Source of the DNA: Botryllus schlosseri
Lineage: Eukaryota
Direction: 5' to 3'
NCBI GenBank assembly: GCA_051294905.1
Contig: CM119382.1
Coordinates: 6,758,001 to 6,822,000 of the forward strand
Length of the DNA: 64,000 nucleotides
The position numbers were made by a program, and so were the translations under genes. The notes beneath the pieces were generated by a model. It did no database searches. It was not told where the DNA came from and saw only the letters and a program-made list of their open reading frames with translations. Below are positions 50,031 to 62,684 of this stretch, one piece after another; position 1 is the stretch's first letter; the number at the start of each line of letters is the position of its first letter.

Positions 50031-51606
50031 CACCCCATAGTTACCCTAGACAAGATGTCCTTATGTTCGGTATGCTCCTTATTGCCAAAATGAAAGGCAC
50101 CCTTTCAGAAATTAGGAGTATGGCGACATTTGCGAGTTGCGTCTGATCCGTGGTCCGGGTCTTTGTAGTAGTCCGCTCGGTCCGCAGTTCCGCTCGGTCC
50201 GCCGTTTAGTATTGCAAGTTCCGCTAGTTCCGCCGTTTAGTATTGAGCTATTTTGTTATGGTCCGCTCGATCCGCAGTTCCGCTTGGTCCGCCGTTTAGT
50301 ATTGCAAGTTCCGCTAGTTCCGCGGTCCGCTCGTTCCGCCGTTTAGTATTGAGCTATTTTCTTATGGTCCGCTCGGTCCGCAGTTCCGCTTGGTCCCCGT
50401 TTAGTATTACATGTTCCGCTGTTCCGCGGTCCGCCGTTTAGAGTTGCCCGCCCTTGACTCATCCGCTGCGGCTTGATTCAGAACAGGCAGAGGCGATGAA
50501 TTCTGCCATTGGCCATTGCAAAAAGTTATTGAGACGACTGATTCCGAATCGTGTCGTCGGCGGACAGCGTTCACACTTTCATTTGTCAGCCTGGGAGTCC
50601 ACTTATATCAAAAGACGGCAACCAAGCCAGTACCAACATAAGTAGTACACTGAGCTTAAGCGATCTCTTCGCCCCGATTATCCTAAATTTCATGTCGGCA
50701 ACGTGGTATATGGTGATACGGTTGTTGAATGATGATACACCATGATCCTTCCAATTCTCCACTAGTTACTGACAATTATCCCCCACGAGTTTAAGCCGAC
50801 AATGTTTGGGTTCATTTCGAATGTAATATATTATTCAATTGTATCATCAGGTCATACGTTACTTTGGGAGCCATAACGAATGTGGTACTATACCGGTGTT
50901 TCAGAGAAGTGACTGATAACGAACTATGCATATTGTATATAGGCTGGGTAATGTGGGTATGCTTTCATTAGTAGGGGGTCTCTGTCTACAGCAGGGGTTC
51001 TTTAAGTATCGGCCGCTTGTCAAACATGATACTTTACTGTAGGGTTATGCAGCGAGCGGATGAAAAAAAAGAAGCTATTTCGACTTTCGAGGCCGACCCT
51101 TTCAACGACGGGACACATGAACTCCAGAAGATTTGACCAACACGTGTATAATGGACTACGTGCGCTGCCAAATAGATTGGCGCAGACAAAACCTTGGCCC
51201 AAAATAATCGTCTCTGGTTAGTCAAAACCTTCGATATTGATGTATCCGGTCATGGCTACAACACACAACCACATATCTGCAACGACCTAGCAGTATAGCA
51301 GGGATGACAAACACACAGCCGGCGGGCCAGACAATTTCATCCGGCCCGTATAGAAGTCTTTTGCAGATCAGATGTGAATACCGACTCTAAATAACCACAA
51401 GAGCTCAAATTCGAGATGGCCAAATAGTCTAGAAAATTATAGTTCATTCACGGCCTATGTTAATCACTAAAGCTCGCAACTTTTTTATACAATCGATAGG
51501 CAAAGCATTGCCAGTGCGACGTCATATGTGTTCATACCTCATTTTAAAACCCGCTAGAAGGAGCTGAAGAGGGTCCGGAATTTGACCACGAAAATATGGT
51601 AACTAG

Positions 51607-52599
51607 GAGGGATGGTGAACGTGAGGTTCACGTCCGCGTTCTGTGTGTGAACCTCAGAAATTTAGAGGTTCACGTTCACAAACGAACCTTGGTAGGTTCT
51701 GGACTGTGAACCTTGATCATCTATTAAATATTTCACTTCATAGCATCTTTGGTTGAAATTTATTGCATTTCAAATGCGGACCACTCTATGCATGGCGATG
51801 GCAGCATAAAAAATCAACACTAAACGAGCATGTACCTTGACAATCTCAAATATTTTACTTGCTTCGTTACAAAACTTTGCTCGAAATACCCAGATTTCCG
51901 TTTGTGAATATTTTTAGTGACTCTCTGCCGTGAGCTTGACCCGCAATCACACAACATCAAGAGCGAAATACACTACATTGTAGACAGCGAATGATACTTA
52001 TTCAACTAACCAATGGAATTGATATCGTTGTCTGATTAAAAAAATCTAGCAGGCATACGGGGCCAAGGTCAATATTGATGACGTCATATGTTTATTGTAT
52101 TATAAAAACCAAATTCGTGCAATTGGGGTGTTGGCTACTGCTGTATAACTTGTCCATGGGGTAGCCTATTATAGGTAGCAAGTATAGAAACCAGTTTTAC
52201 ACTCTGCTCAATTTCAACGTAGCAACGACGCCGAATGCATTGTCCGGTCTGGCCTAGACCGTTAAGGCGTAAGCTTATATCCCCTTGCAAGTCCTCGTCG
52301 AAATTTTTGGCGGAGCGACCGAAGATATGGAATTTATGGGATTATTATATCATTTGATTGCCCCAGTTGATACATTTGGCGACGTTTAAAACATAAGAAT
52401 TGTAGCATTATGTGGCCCGACTCGTCTCTAGGCATCGTGCACATCATTATAAGCTATCACTTCACTGCAATGTAGGGTTGGAATTAGCAATATGAGGTCA
52501 CGTGACGTCATGAGGTTCACGTTCGCGTTCACACAGAATCTTTCAAAAAGGTTCACGTTCACACGAACCTGAACCTTTCAGGGGTTCACACCATCCCTA
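51607..52599. mobile_element. hAT MITE with GTTCAC-rich subtermini
   Basis: TIR (G)AGGGATGGTGAAC / GTTCACACCATCCCTA; TSD GTAACTAG/GTAACTGG. Confidence 0.7.
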
Positions 52600-52868
52600 G
52601 TAACTGGGCAATAGAGCAGGGCTCTTCAACCAGGTGTATCGTACCCCCTAGTGTGTAGAAAAATTTTAAAAGGGTGTATCATTCAGATGGGGAGTACAGG
52701 GGTCTACCAGATCCGAATTAAAATGGACCGATGACTAGCTATCACAATAAACATGCGAGTTTATGCTTCAGAACATGTTGTCTGGGTCTGCAATATCGTA
52801 CAATATGTGCATTGAGCTATACGTAGCTCGCAAATTACATTTATTTTGTGATACCGTAGGCATATTCG

Positions 52869-53125
52869 AGATAGTGCAATGGTTATGCGTCCGTCTTCTC
52901 GAGCAGTAGGTCGTGGGTTCGATCCCCGGCCGGGTCATACCAACGACTCGAAAATTGGTATCCGCAGCAATCCTGCTAGGCACTCAGCAATCACGGATAC
53001 GGCATGGAGGAGGAAAAAAACGGGGGCGCAGACTAGATGACCTCATGGGGCCGTATCGCAACTCCGTAGTCAAAGCATCTCGATGGTTCAGGCGAAAAAG
53101 AATACCATATCTCTCTCTCTTCTCG
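52869..53125 (+). mobile_element. tRNA-derived SINE
   Basis: A-box TAGTGCAATGG, B-box GGTTCGATCCC, core shared with the 735-880 copy, (CT)n tail. Confidence 0.65.
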
Positions 53126-55565
53126 TCATTTAAACATTGGTAATGAAGTTATTAGCTCATTTTGGAGTAGAAGATGATGGAGTTGACATCTGTTCCTCCT
53201 GCGATATCTGTCTATAATGAAATGATTCTTGAGGAAACCATTGCGAGAGCTCAGAATTATTGGATTGGCTCTTTATGCGATATGCTTATAAATAGCGCAG
53301 TATTCGCAGTGCACATCATTGCGTGGGTGTAGACGGGGTGTCACCGGGAGAGGGGGTCGCGTTTGAGAACCACTGTGCTAGTTGGTGGTCAGGTAACCTC
53401 GAGCTCTGATTAGTAGCCTATTTAACATTTCAAATTCGCTGCATCCTTGTTCATCCATATTTCAACAGGCCAGAGGTCACCGAATTGCTTATGTACGGTC
53501 GCATGCAGCCGTTAAACAATAATTATGCAGCCCTCATCACATAGTTAAATTAGCGTGTCTTGGCGACCGTCAATATGCAACTTGAATTAACGGATTTGGT
53601 CCAAAATCTTTTAGAGATTATAAACTTGAAAATTTTATGCATGCTTGGCGCGATTCGGGGTGACTTCAATTGTTTTCAAGTGTAATCTGAGTCGCAAAAT
53701 CGCAGAGGAAAATGATGCACCCCATAAAGAAATACCAAGTCAGAATTACATGCCTCTCACAAATGAAGGTTTTTCTCATACGTTTAGCCAATTCCAATAT
53801 ATATTTCGACTATGCCTAAAATCCTGATGGGATGTCAAAAAATAACAACATGCAGCAAAGGGATTTATAAAAACCGCAAGATGAATCATCCTCAATTTGG
53901 TGCCCAAATGTTTCGAAGACCCCCCCCCCCCCGTCTGCTCTATCGTTTAATCTGATCACATGGGCTAAGAATGGATAAATATTTGACAGTAATATTTGAA
54001 ATAACCAATATTATCGACGTATTAAATTTTCAAGATGTAAACATTTTTCGCGCTCCGCGGGACGAGAACGGGAACCAGATAAATGTTTTCTAACATACTC
54101 ATGATTTTGGTGCATAGATAGTAAGCTTGCGGGGGTGCTCGACTGATACAATTAAATACTTTTATACGCAAGGTATATCTGAAAAAATCAGTGTTTGCAC
54201 AGAACACCACAAGTGCTCTCCACGGTGCAAAGTTCCCAGTAACCAATTTAACATGAGTCTATGACATTCAGAGTGACGAGTCTCCGCCGGAATACGGCTG
54301 TATGCTATATATGGAATCGAAGCACGGCGCGAATAACAAGGAGGTTGAGTACCCCTGGATTAGGCTTACTATACGGAATCAGTGAGTTATATGGTCAGAG
54401 TTGTACGAGTTTCGAGTAGCTAAGTGTTAAAAGGGTGGCCACAACGAAAAAGGTTGATGAGCACTGCAATAGAGTATGGTCTCTACAATTTTGGTAAACC
54501 ACTAAAAAATGGTTCGCATCTTTGCTCAGACATACTCATGGTCAATGTTGGAAGCTGATTAAGTTCAGAATCTTCGCGATCCCCTGAAACGGGCGAACGA
54601 CACCAAGTTGGAGAACCACTATACATTTTACTAAGCAGTGGTCGGGAACCTTTTTCGTCTGAAGAGCCCTGCTAGTCCTATATTTTCCATTTTAACTGCC
54701 GAAGAGCCATACTTGTCAATCAATTGTTACGTCACAATCTGAGGCCAGTAAGTGGCCACGGGAAAGCTGAGACTCCTACTGGAATTCAGTGGTACTTAAT
54801 ATGGCGCTATATTCAATTCTGACTTCACAAGGGCCACTTATTGTGAGATGTCGGTGCGCATGCGCCATTTGAATCGATATCTCGACTCATTTCTCAGACA
54901 TTCCGCAGCTCGATTCCGCCGAACACTGAGGTTTTATCTTTCTCGAACGTCGGGAGCATAAAAGTTTACGAGCTTGTGAAATTACTTATAATTACACAAT
55001 TACTCTAATTTTTTAAGAGAATCGTATACCATAACATTTAAGTATCGAGGAAATATGACTTTCCATAAGAAAAGCAACATATCGTTTGCTTTTTTCACCG
55101 CGTACGACGGCTCCATGATGGGCTGTGATTTCGAGCTCTGAATTGAATTGATTGACACGATGTTTGCGTTACGCGTACCTGTAGTAATGACTGCTTTCGA
55201 CCCCCCCCCCAAATCTGTTCCATGAAAAGTAACAATCGAGTTCCTTCGAGGCTTTCTTAAACGTGTTCTGATATTGATGTCTGTCTACCGATATTTTCGA
55301 GCACTCTTTGAACGCAATCATTCATTTTTATTAGTGATCAAATATAGAATTGTTGATAACGTACACGCGTCAGAAATAGTAACGGATTTTATAAGCTGGT
55401 CATCTTAAATCCACAAATTCCAAAATTAAGAATGAAAGTCGGTTGTGCCGATGTTGCAAACATGATAGAATTTGGAATCTGTAAGCAGAGGTGGTCAGTA
55501 GCGAAGTGCTTCTACTTTTTCGAATTACTCAAGTAGTTTTCATCTACTTGCAGTAATCATTCAAG

Positions 55566-57622
55566 CAGGGTTGTAATGACTCGAGTCATGACTCGACTCG
55601 AGTCAGACTCGAGTCACGATTTTTTTATGACTCGACTTGACTCGAGTCATTTTCTTGAAATGGGAAAATGACTCGACTCGACTCGAGTCAATATTTGGAT
55701 TGACTCGACTTGTACTCGAGTCATTACGCATGACTCGACCCAAGTCATTGACTCGGCTTATTTTATATGACTTGAAGATGAAGAAATTTGCGAATCATAA
55801 TGGCTAGATCAACGCATCCGACGAATTCTGCCGACATCGCTATTTGTCACCACTGCTTTCGTTGCACTTGTCTGATATCAGATATGCCGCCGTAAAAACA
55901 ACAGAAAATGATACATAGTAGCAATGCATTGTACAAAATCGTCCAGTGATGAAGAGGTAATAGATCCTCCGCAATTAAAGTACTCAAGACTTTTCAATTA
56001 TACAAGAAAACAATTGAATCAAAGTTCAATTAGAGCCAATGAAATGACTCAGATGGCGAAGAGACTGATAAGCTCATGTGTAGATTTGAAGGCGATGATT
56101 CTTTGCATTTTTGGGCGACTAGAAAGAATGAGTATTCAATGCTCTTCAGTGTGGTTCCAAAATGCTTGTCAATTCCTGCATCTAGTGCACTTGTGGAACG
56201 TGTATTCAGTAGATGTGGATTCATTCTACGGCCATGCCGCTTTAACATATTTGAGGATCTCCTTTCCACATTAGTATTTTTGAGGTGTAACTCATTGATT
56301 TGATCTGCTGTCTGTGAAAACACACAATGCCCCTCTTCCATTTGACGTTTTGTTAGGTATGTGCATTGTGCACGTGAGTAATAATGAATGGCTAATGCTG
56401 TGTGATGTTTGTACAATATGGCTGTTCTAAAATAACTTCTTTTTTATTTTACTGGGTGGTTATACATGATAAAATTGTTATGTTGCATAAAAGGAACACT
56501 GAATCTGGCTTAATTTGAAAAAAGTGGAATCAATGATCTGAGAGGAGAATATTTTTGATTTGAAAATAAATGGAGTATTTTAATTAGTGAGAAATTCTTT
56601 CATATAATATAATTACATAGTAGTAAGCCGACTATTTTTTCATATCCAAAACATTCTACTTTAATAACTTCACCTTTTCTAGTTGGAATTGAGTCAAATT
56701 TGCTATGAATCATATTTTTACACAATGTAACAATATCATGAGATAGCCGGTAAAATTCGAAAATCTCTATTTGTAATTAGTCTAAAATTTTCTTTAATAC
56801 CATTGCTTTCTACTGGTTGGAATTGAGCCAAATTTGATTTTTAGGCAATCTAGCAATTTTAAGAAGTAGCCGGAAAATTTGAAAAAATGTTTTTGAACAG
56901 CCCCATTGTACAATTATTTCTCCAATGCTGTAACTGCGATGTAGTCGGTAATGCAATTGGGAAAACCTTTAGTATAATCAAAAGGTATCTGTTCTGTTGT
57001 CACTGCACAATGCACATAGTTGCATGCACGCTTTTACAGCATGCTGGCCTGTTGTAAATACCTCTACATAAACATGCATCTATTGATTCTCTATCAACTA
57101 GTATCTTGACGTGAATTTGTTGGTTCTCTATCAGATAGTATGTAGACGTGAATTCGTTGGTTCTCTATCAGCTATTCGTGAGCTATCGTCGATGTGTTCA
57201 TAATAAAAACTGAATGCTTGTATTGGTGATGTATCAGACTGACAAGAGAGATATTTGATTTTAAGTTCTAAGATTAGTAAAGTTATCTTTAGCATCGGTA
57301 AATGAGGCCAGGACCTGTCCGTTATCTGCCTAAATAAACACGTGCCAAGACTCTGATAGGGACAAAATGAGCATGCTTTGCAAACAGGGAATTCGATATC
57401 ACCCAAGCAGGATTGAAAACATGAGTTGAACATGACTTCAATACTGCGACTTGGACTCGACTCGAGTCATAACACCATGACTCGGACTTGACCCTTTAAA
57501 CGGTGACTTGGACTCGGACTCGAGTCTGTGATGAATTGAAAATGACTCGACTCGACTCTAGTCAAACCACAAAAGTATGATTGACTCGTGACTTGTAACC
57601 ATGTGACTTGGTTACAACCCTG
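55566..57622 (+). mobile_element. 2-kb hAT deletion derivative (GACTC family) with transposase dimerisation domain
   Basis: TIR CAGGGTTGTAA/TTACAACCCTG; TSD CATTCAAG (55558-55565, 57623-57630). 56076-56303 encodes DSLHFW...EYSMLF...CLSIPASSALVERVFSRCGFILRP...LVFLRCN. It is nested in a CTACTT-rich MITE whose uninterrupted relative is at about 36005-36180. Confidence 0.9.
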
Positions 57623-57729
57623 CATTCAAGTCAATCTGATTTTACGCTACTTCTACTTCGTAATATTTAGTGATTTACTTACTTACTTTTCGTTATTTAG
57701 AGTTTTTCAAGTAGAAGTATTATATTTTT

Positions 57730-60700
57730 TCAATGAGGGCGAGAGAGAGGGACCGAGAAATTTGATGGAGGTTTCCTCGGAATAACAACAACAATAATAA
57801 TAATTGAATTTTCACAAAACTTGAGTATAGTCGATAATTTTGGTCGTGATTCGCGCAAAATCGAGATGTAGTGAAAATATGTTTTCACGAAAGTCGCCTC
57901 TATTTTCTGGAAGTAAAATTCGTGCGAAGTCTCTCTGAGGGGAGAATTAGGGGCCCCAGGTATGATGAGATGATTCCTCGGGCTCTGGGTGCGCGAGGTT
58001 CCACCCTCGATCGTTGGGCACCGCGTAGATCTGAACGAGGTCGTTGTGAGAATTAGTCGAACAAAAATCGCTAGCAAACCTCTCCCAAACAGCGAGTCGT
58101 TCGCGTCCCCTCGGGTTGAGCCCGCGTTACTCCCAAGCAGCTTGGAAATCCTATCCACTCGAAACTTCTCAACGTCGTGTTGAGATGATCTGAATGACAT
58201 AGATTATTTCAAGTATTTCAACCTAAAACGGAAATAGCACGAACCTGGCTGACGTGGCAAGGTCGTCTCTCTGTTTGTTCGGAATATCGAGCAATTTCCC
58301 GATCATAAAATTGGGTGGCAGGCCTTCGACTCCATTACCCTGGAGATTATGGTGAGCACGACATTCGGGACAGCAGACACTGAATGGAGTTTTTTTCTCA
58401 AAATCGGCAGTCGGGTTGATAATAAAAATTAGCCATGGTTACGATATAGTATAGGCCTACCATATACTATCTGTGGAGAGTAATCCATCAAAATTCCGGA
58501 ACATTCCAAGGCTAATACAGCAAACAACAAAGATACACCGTGTACAGAACGTTTATACAATTTTATACAACAGTTTAACGACATACAATTGAATACTGTA
58601 TTTGAAGTAGCGGGATATTAAAATAATATTTAAATAAACCCGAATATTTCCGGCTAACTTTTTTCAATGGCAAATAATTTTTCTCTGTTGGGTGGCATTT
58701 TTCATGTGGGGTTCAGATTTCCAGGACAGAAACATTCGGCACCAGCCATTTAGGTGCCTTTGGACAATTAAACTTATATGTGTGCGTGTGTGTGTGTGAC
58801 GGTCGACGTTTTCGGTCAGCATGAGGACATTCCTCTTCTGCCAAGGTACTCCATAAGTTATGTTCATTCACGGAATAATTTCTGGCCCCTCCGAGTTCCC
58901 CCTGCCAATTAATGTGTGTGCAATGTCTCAAAATCATCATTCCAACAATAATCATGCGAGAGTGCGGTGTGGTTGTTGACCGTGTCGGTGCTGCACGAAG
59001 TTACTATACGGAGTATTTCCCCTTAGTCATATCCTTTATCATCCCGAGATTTTATTTTTCTGTTCAGTTTGTTATTCTTGCTTTTCAGCACCCCTTTACA
59101 TTCAAGTAAGGGAAGTTAATTTATCATTGTACTAATAGTGCTTTCCTATCCATGGTGTTTTGACATCAGTTGTCATTTTACACCAGGACGATATTCTTTA
59201 TGTGATTCGTGACTCATCGTAGAATGACCCCATTGTTCCAGAATTTGATAACACAAAGCTTACCCGGATCGGATGGCGACGAGAAGCCTATAGAATATAG
59301 CTAAAGCTTCAACACATATAGATAGAGAATGTGAGGTCGACATCGGTCGGTCTCGAAGCCTCAATTTGAAGCAGTGGATCATTTACAACTATACACTGCT
59401 CGCCACCAACATATTGCAATAAGAGTGAGGCCGGTCAATACTGTGCCGTGGCCATATGGCTAAAACCTTATATGGCATGGTGTAATATGCAGATTAATCA
59501 GTTCTAATTCGCACCTTTGATATGACATGAAAGAAGATCGTCTTCCTTACCGTGTTATAATCTATTCTTTTAACCTTAGTGCGGTAAATCAGCTACATTC
59601 AATGAGAAATAAGCCTTCAAACATGGACAGGCAACGTTACGGCGAAGTCGTGATGCCAAAATCGATGCGACAATCTAAATATTCGTGCTAATATTCATCC
59701 AGCAGCACAAAAAGGACATTTGGCTGTCCGGAGATCTAAGATGCGCATCCGACCAGGCATGGAGCGGTTATACTGTGTCCAATGTCCATGCAATCGATTA
59801 CGATTATATGGAAAATGTTGTCTCGATTATTGGCGATTGCATTTAGTTTGCTGGCACTGGCAGAAATTAAAAATTCAATATAACCATAATAATGATTGAG
59901 ATGAGAGAATATGTTTTTGACCATTGTTCGTTCTAGCTATACGACGTATGCGCTACTGAGATGACCGGGTGACTGTTGGCAGATTCAAATTCAATTCAAT
60001 TCAGACACCGGATAACCCCAACAACCGTTTTATTCGGTCCAAATGCTCAAGAACACAAGAAAAGTAAAATGGAACGTAAAAACCTCTTTTAATTAGAGAA
60101 TTCGCCGCTTAATGCAATTCCTATCGTTACGTTATGCATGTTTTAGAACAGAAAAGTTAATTTGCTCCCTAAAGTAAACGAAAGAAACCATACACGCCTC
60201 AATGACAGTTCGGCAGCTGGTTGCGTTGATGGGGATATCAAAAAGCACTATTTGAATCATATATATGCGTGTTATATAGTAGTACAGTATACCATATTTT
60301 TTGAATGGTTTGCTGTTGAAAATACTGTACAATATAATGATAATCCAAAGGTATATATGACTAATGTGCGTTTTATGCGATCTGTGGTAGGGTTGTGTTT
60401 AGAACAAAAATCAATTTAAAACAAACATATTTAAAACAAGGCCCTTGTTTAAAACATGTTTTTATTGCTTTTTTCTAAGCCATGACGTTACGAACATTCA
60501 ATTGTGACGTCATAGTGCAGGGGCGGGCAACTTCTCCAGTCGGCTGGCCGGATTAGGAAAATGAAATACTTGGCGGGCCGGGTTGCTGAATCGATGCATT
60601 ATTCGCTCATTCATCCACATATACAAGGGATAAATCATATTTGATGAATGTATTTGAACCACAGCAATATAACTTCAAAGCCATTTCTCGCCAATAATGA

Positions 60701-62430
60701 CAAAGTCAATGTGGATTTGAGAACAGCATTGTCATACAGGCACCACCATGTCTGCTTCTCTCTGATAAATCAACACACGGTGCAATCCCTAATTAAGATT
60801 TCAAGGCGTTCGATAAACCCGGTACCCCAAATTTGCCAAGATATCAATTCATTAGGGTTTAGTAGGTGACGAGATATAGCGTGGTTGTTCAACTGTGTGG
60901 CCTATTTTATCTCGATATTGAATTTATGCGGCCCGCGGCCTCTACGAAATTTTTAGTGACCCGCGACCCGTTTCGAGTTGGCGACCCCTGGCATAAGCCG
61001 TGTCTTACAAAAGCCGAGAAGTATGCCGTGCTACAAGTCGACAGTTACGGAATCAAAAATGAGAAATATCGGCTTAGTGTAAATTTCCATTGTAGTCGAC
61101 AAACACCATGATTACCACAAATGACATAAGGGTTGAGTGCATCGCAAATGCCGATAATGCAAGTCTTCTCGCTTCGACTAACTTACGCGTATGCACCACC
61201 CTCGCTCGTTGCGCTTGCATGTGTATAATAACATACAGTCACTAAAATTTGACGTATGTAAGCCATTAGTAGGGAATTTCGGAACAGGGGCCGCGGGCTA
61301 CATTATCATGTAAGACGGAAAACTGTCCGCGGGCCGGACAAAATCCCTTCGCGGGCCGGATCCGGCCCGCCCCTGTCATAGTGGATCGATATTCACATTG
61401 CTGCTTTGACGAAATAGGCTTACAACCCCTGTCATATACGGACCTAAAATATCTTTAACCAGTTGGCTACTACATGGTCTTGCAGCATTTTTACGGTCAT
61501 TCATTCCGTACCAATGATCTATATCTACTTACTATAGCAGTTGAACCGACTATTTCAAGGGTTCCAACCATCCCATATCGGCTATACCGGGTGGTGATCG
61601 TCGTCTGTAGGCTCATACAACATGTTTTCGGTAAGTATTCACACAATCATGGCATAATTATAAAACTTGAAAAAACACAATTATGTTTTTTTTGTTGAAG
61701 GGCCTTCTGTTTTAACCATTTGTATTAAATGCAACCCTAATCTGTGGCAATTACAGCAGTATAGCGCAGCTGAAATTTATTACTCAACACTACCGTATTT
61801 CGAATGCGTTGTATGCTTTTACGCACGACCATGATGCAAACAATTGATTTGCTGCTAAACTTGGGTAAAGACGTTTCTACGCTTAATTCAGCCAAAAGTG
61901 AGCGCAGCCAAACCGTCTAAATTAGGCGGAGTACACTGTATTGAGTAAAGAATGATTTTCAGATAGATTCTTTTTCTATACTATCTTCTTTACTTTCATT
62001 CAGTGTGCATGCCTCCTCTTTACATCGCCTAGGCCAAGGTGGGTGTCAGATTCCATAGACTACTCCTTGTCGCTTCGACATCTTCCTGTTTTTTCATTGT
62101 ATCGCATTTTTGTGGTGTATTGAACTGATAAAATTGCTAATAAACCAATGATGATGATGATGATGATTCTACTATGCATAGGCCTACTTGAATCATTGCA
62201 ATCAATAGGCTACTCAACTCGAATTTGAGAACTTTAATCGTTGCACCTCGGTTATGTAGTGTGTATACTGATGCTGCTACCAATAAAAAGAAGAGCCACC
62301 TGTTATCTTTGACGATATTCTGCAGGCATGGTCTCAAACAGAATGTGTGTTGACAAGGTAACATTTTTGGTTCCTTGAAACGATCCAAACACACCGGACA
62401 ATCGAGAAGTTCTTCAACTCGATCCATCAC
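57730..62430 (-). CDS. RING-HC finger protein (NHL-1/TRIM-like RING), three exons identified
   Basis: Exons 62430-62300, 58379-58245 and 58189-57730 join in phase: CPVCLDRFKEPKMLPCQHTFCLRPCLQNIVKDN|SVCCPECRAHHNLQGNGVEGLPPNFMIGKLLD. The 3' end is uncertain. Confidence 0.8.
60518..61375. mobile_element. Charlie-like MITE (intronic)
   Basis: TIR CAGGGGCGGGC/GCCCGCCCCTG; TSD TCATAGTG (60510-60517, 61376-61383). Confidence 0.85.
61968..62166 (+). mobile_element. LINE 3'UTR-only copy with (ATG)n tail
   Basis: Reverse complement of the 3' ends at 35011 and 11705. Confidence 0.85.
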
Positions 62431-62684
62431 TGATCATCGAGTCAAAATCGCGATCCTACTCTGCCCTCGCGAACAATGCTATACGATGAAGCTATCGTGA
62501 CTGATATCCATGTCACGTACTTTTGACAATCATCCACACAAGGGGTGTTCAACCTTTTTGCTACTCACGACAGCAATGCGAAAACTTCATCAGCGTGTGA
62601 TCGCAAGCTAGCGGACCGCCGTAAAAGTATCACTTGAGAGCCACCAAAGTATCAATCAGAAAGTCCCATATCAATACTATATGC

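Larger units (their letters stand above)
46813..50449. mobile_element. Foldback/MULE-type element with about 320-bp modular TIRs and a 9-bp TSD
   Basis: Termini AGGCAACTCTAAACGGCGG / CCGCCGTTTAGAGTTGCCC; TSD GCCCTTGAC (46804-46812, 50450-50458); arms built of tandem GCGGAAC/GCGGACC units. Confidence 0.85.
46680..50840 (+). pseudogene. Old Penelope-like GIY-YIG ORF and pLTR, split by the foldback element (pieces 46680-46812 and 50450-50840)
   Basis: Left piece: DCGYVG/GRTRQRLQDRIEENV...KSSPL. Right piece continues in the same frame: THPLRL...AMNSAIGH...HFHLSAWESTYIK. Confidence 0.75.
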
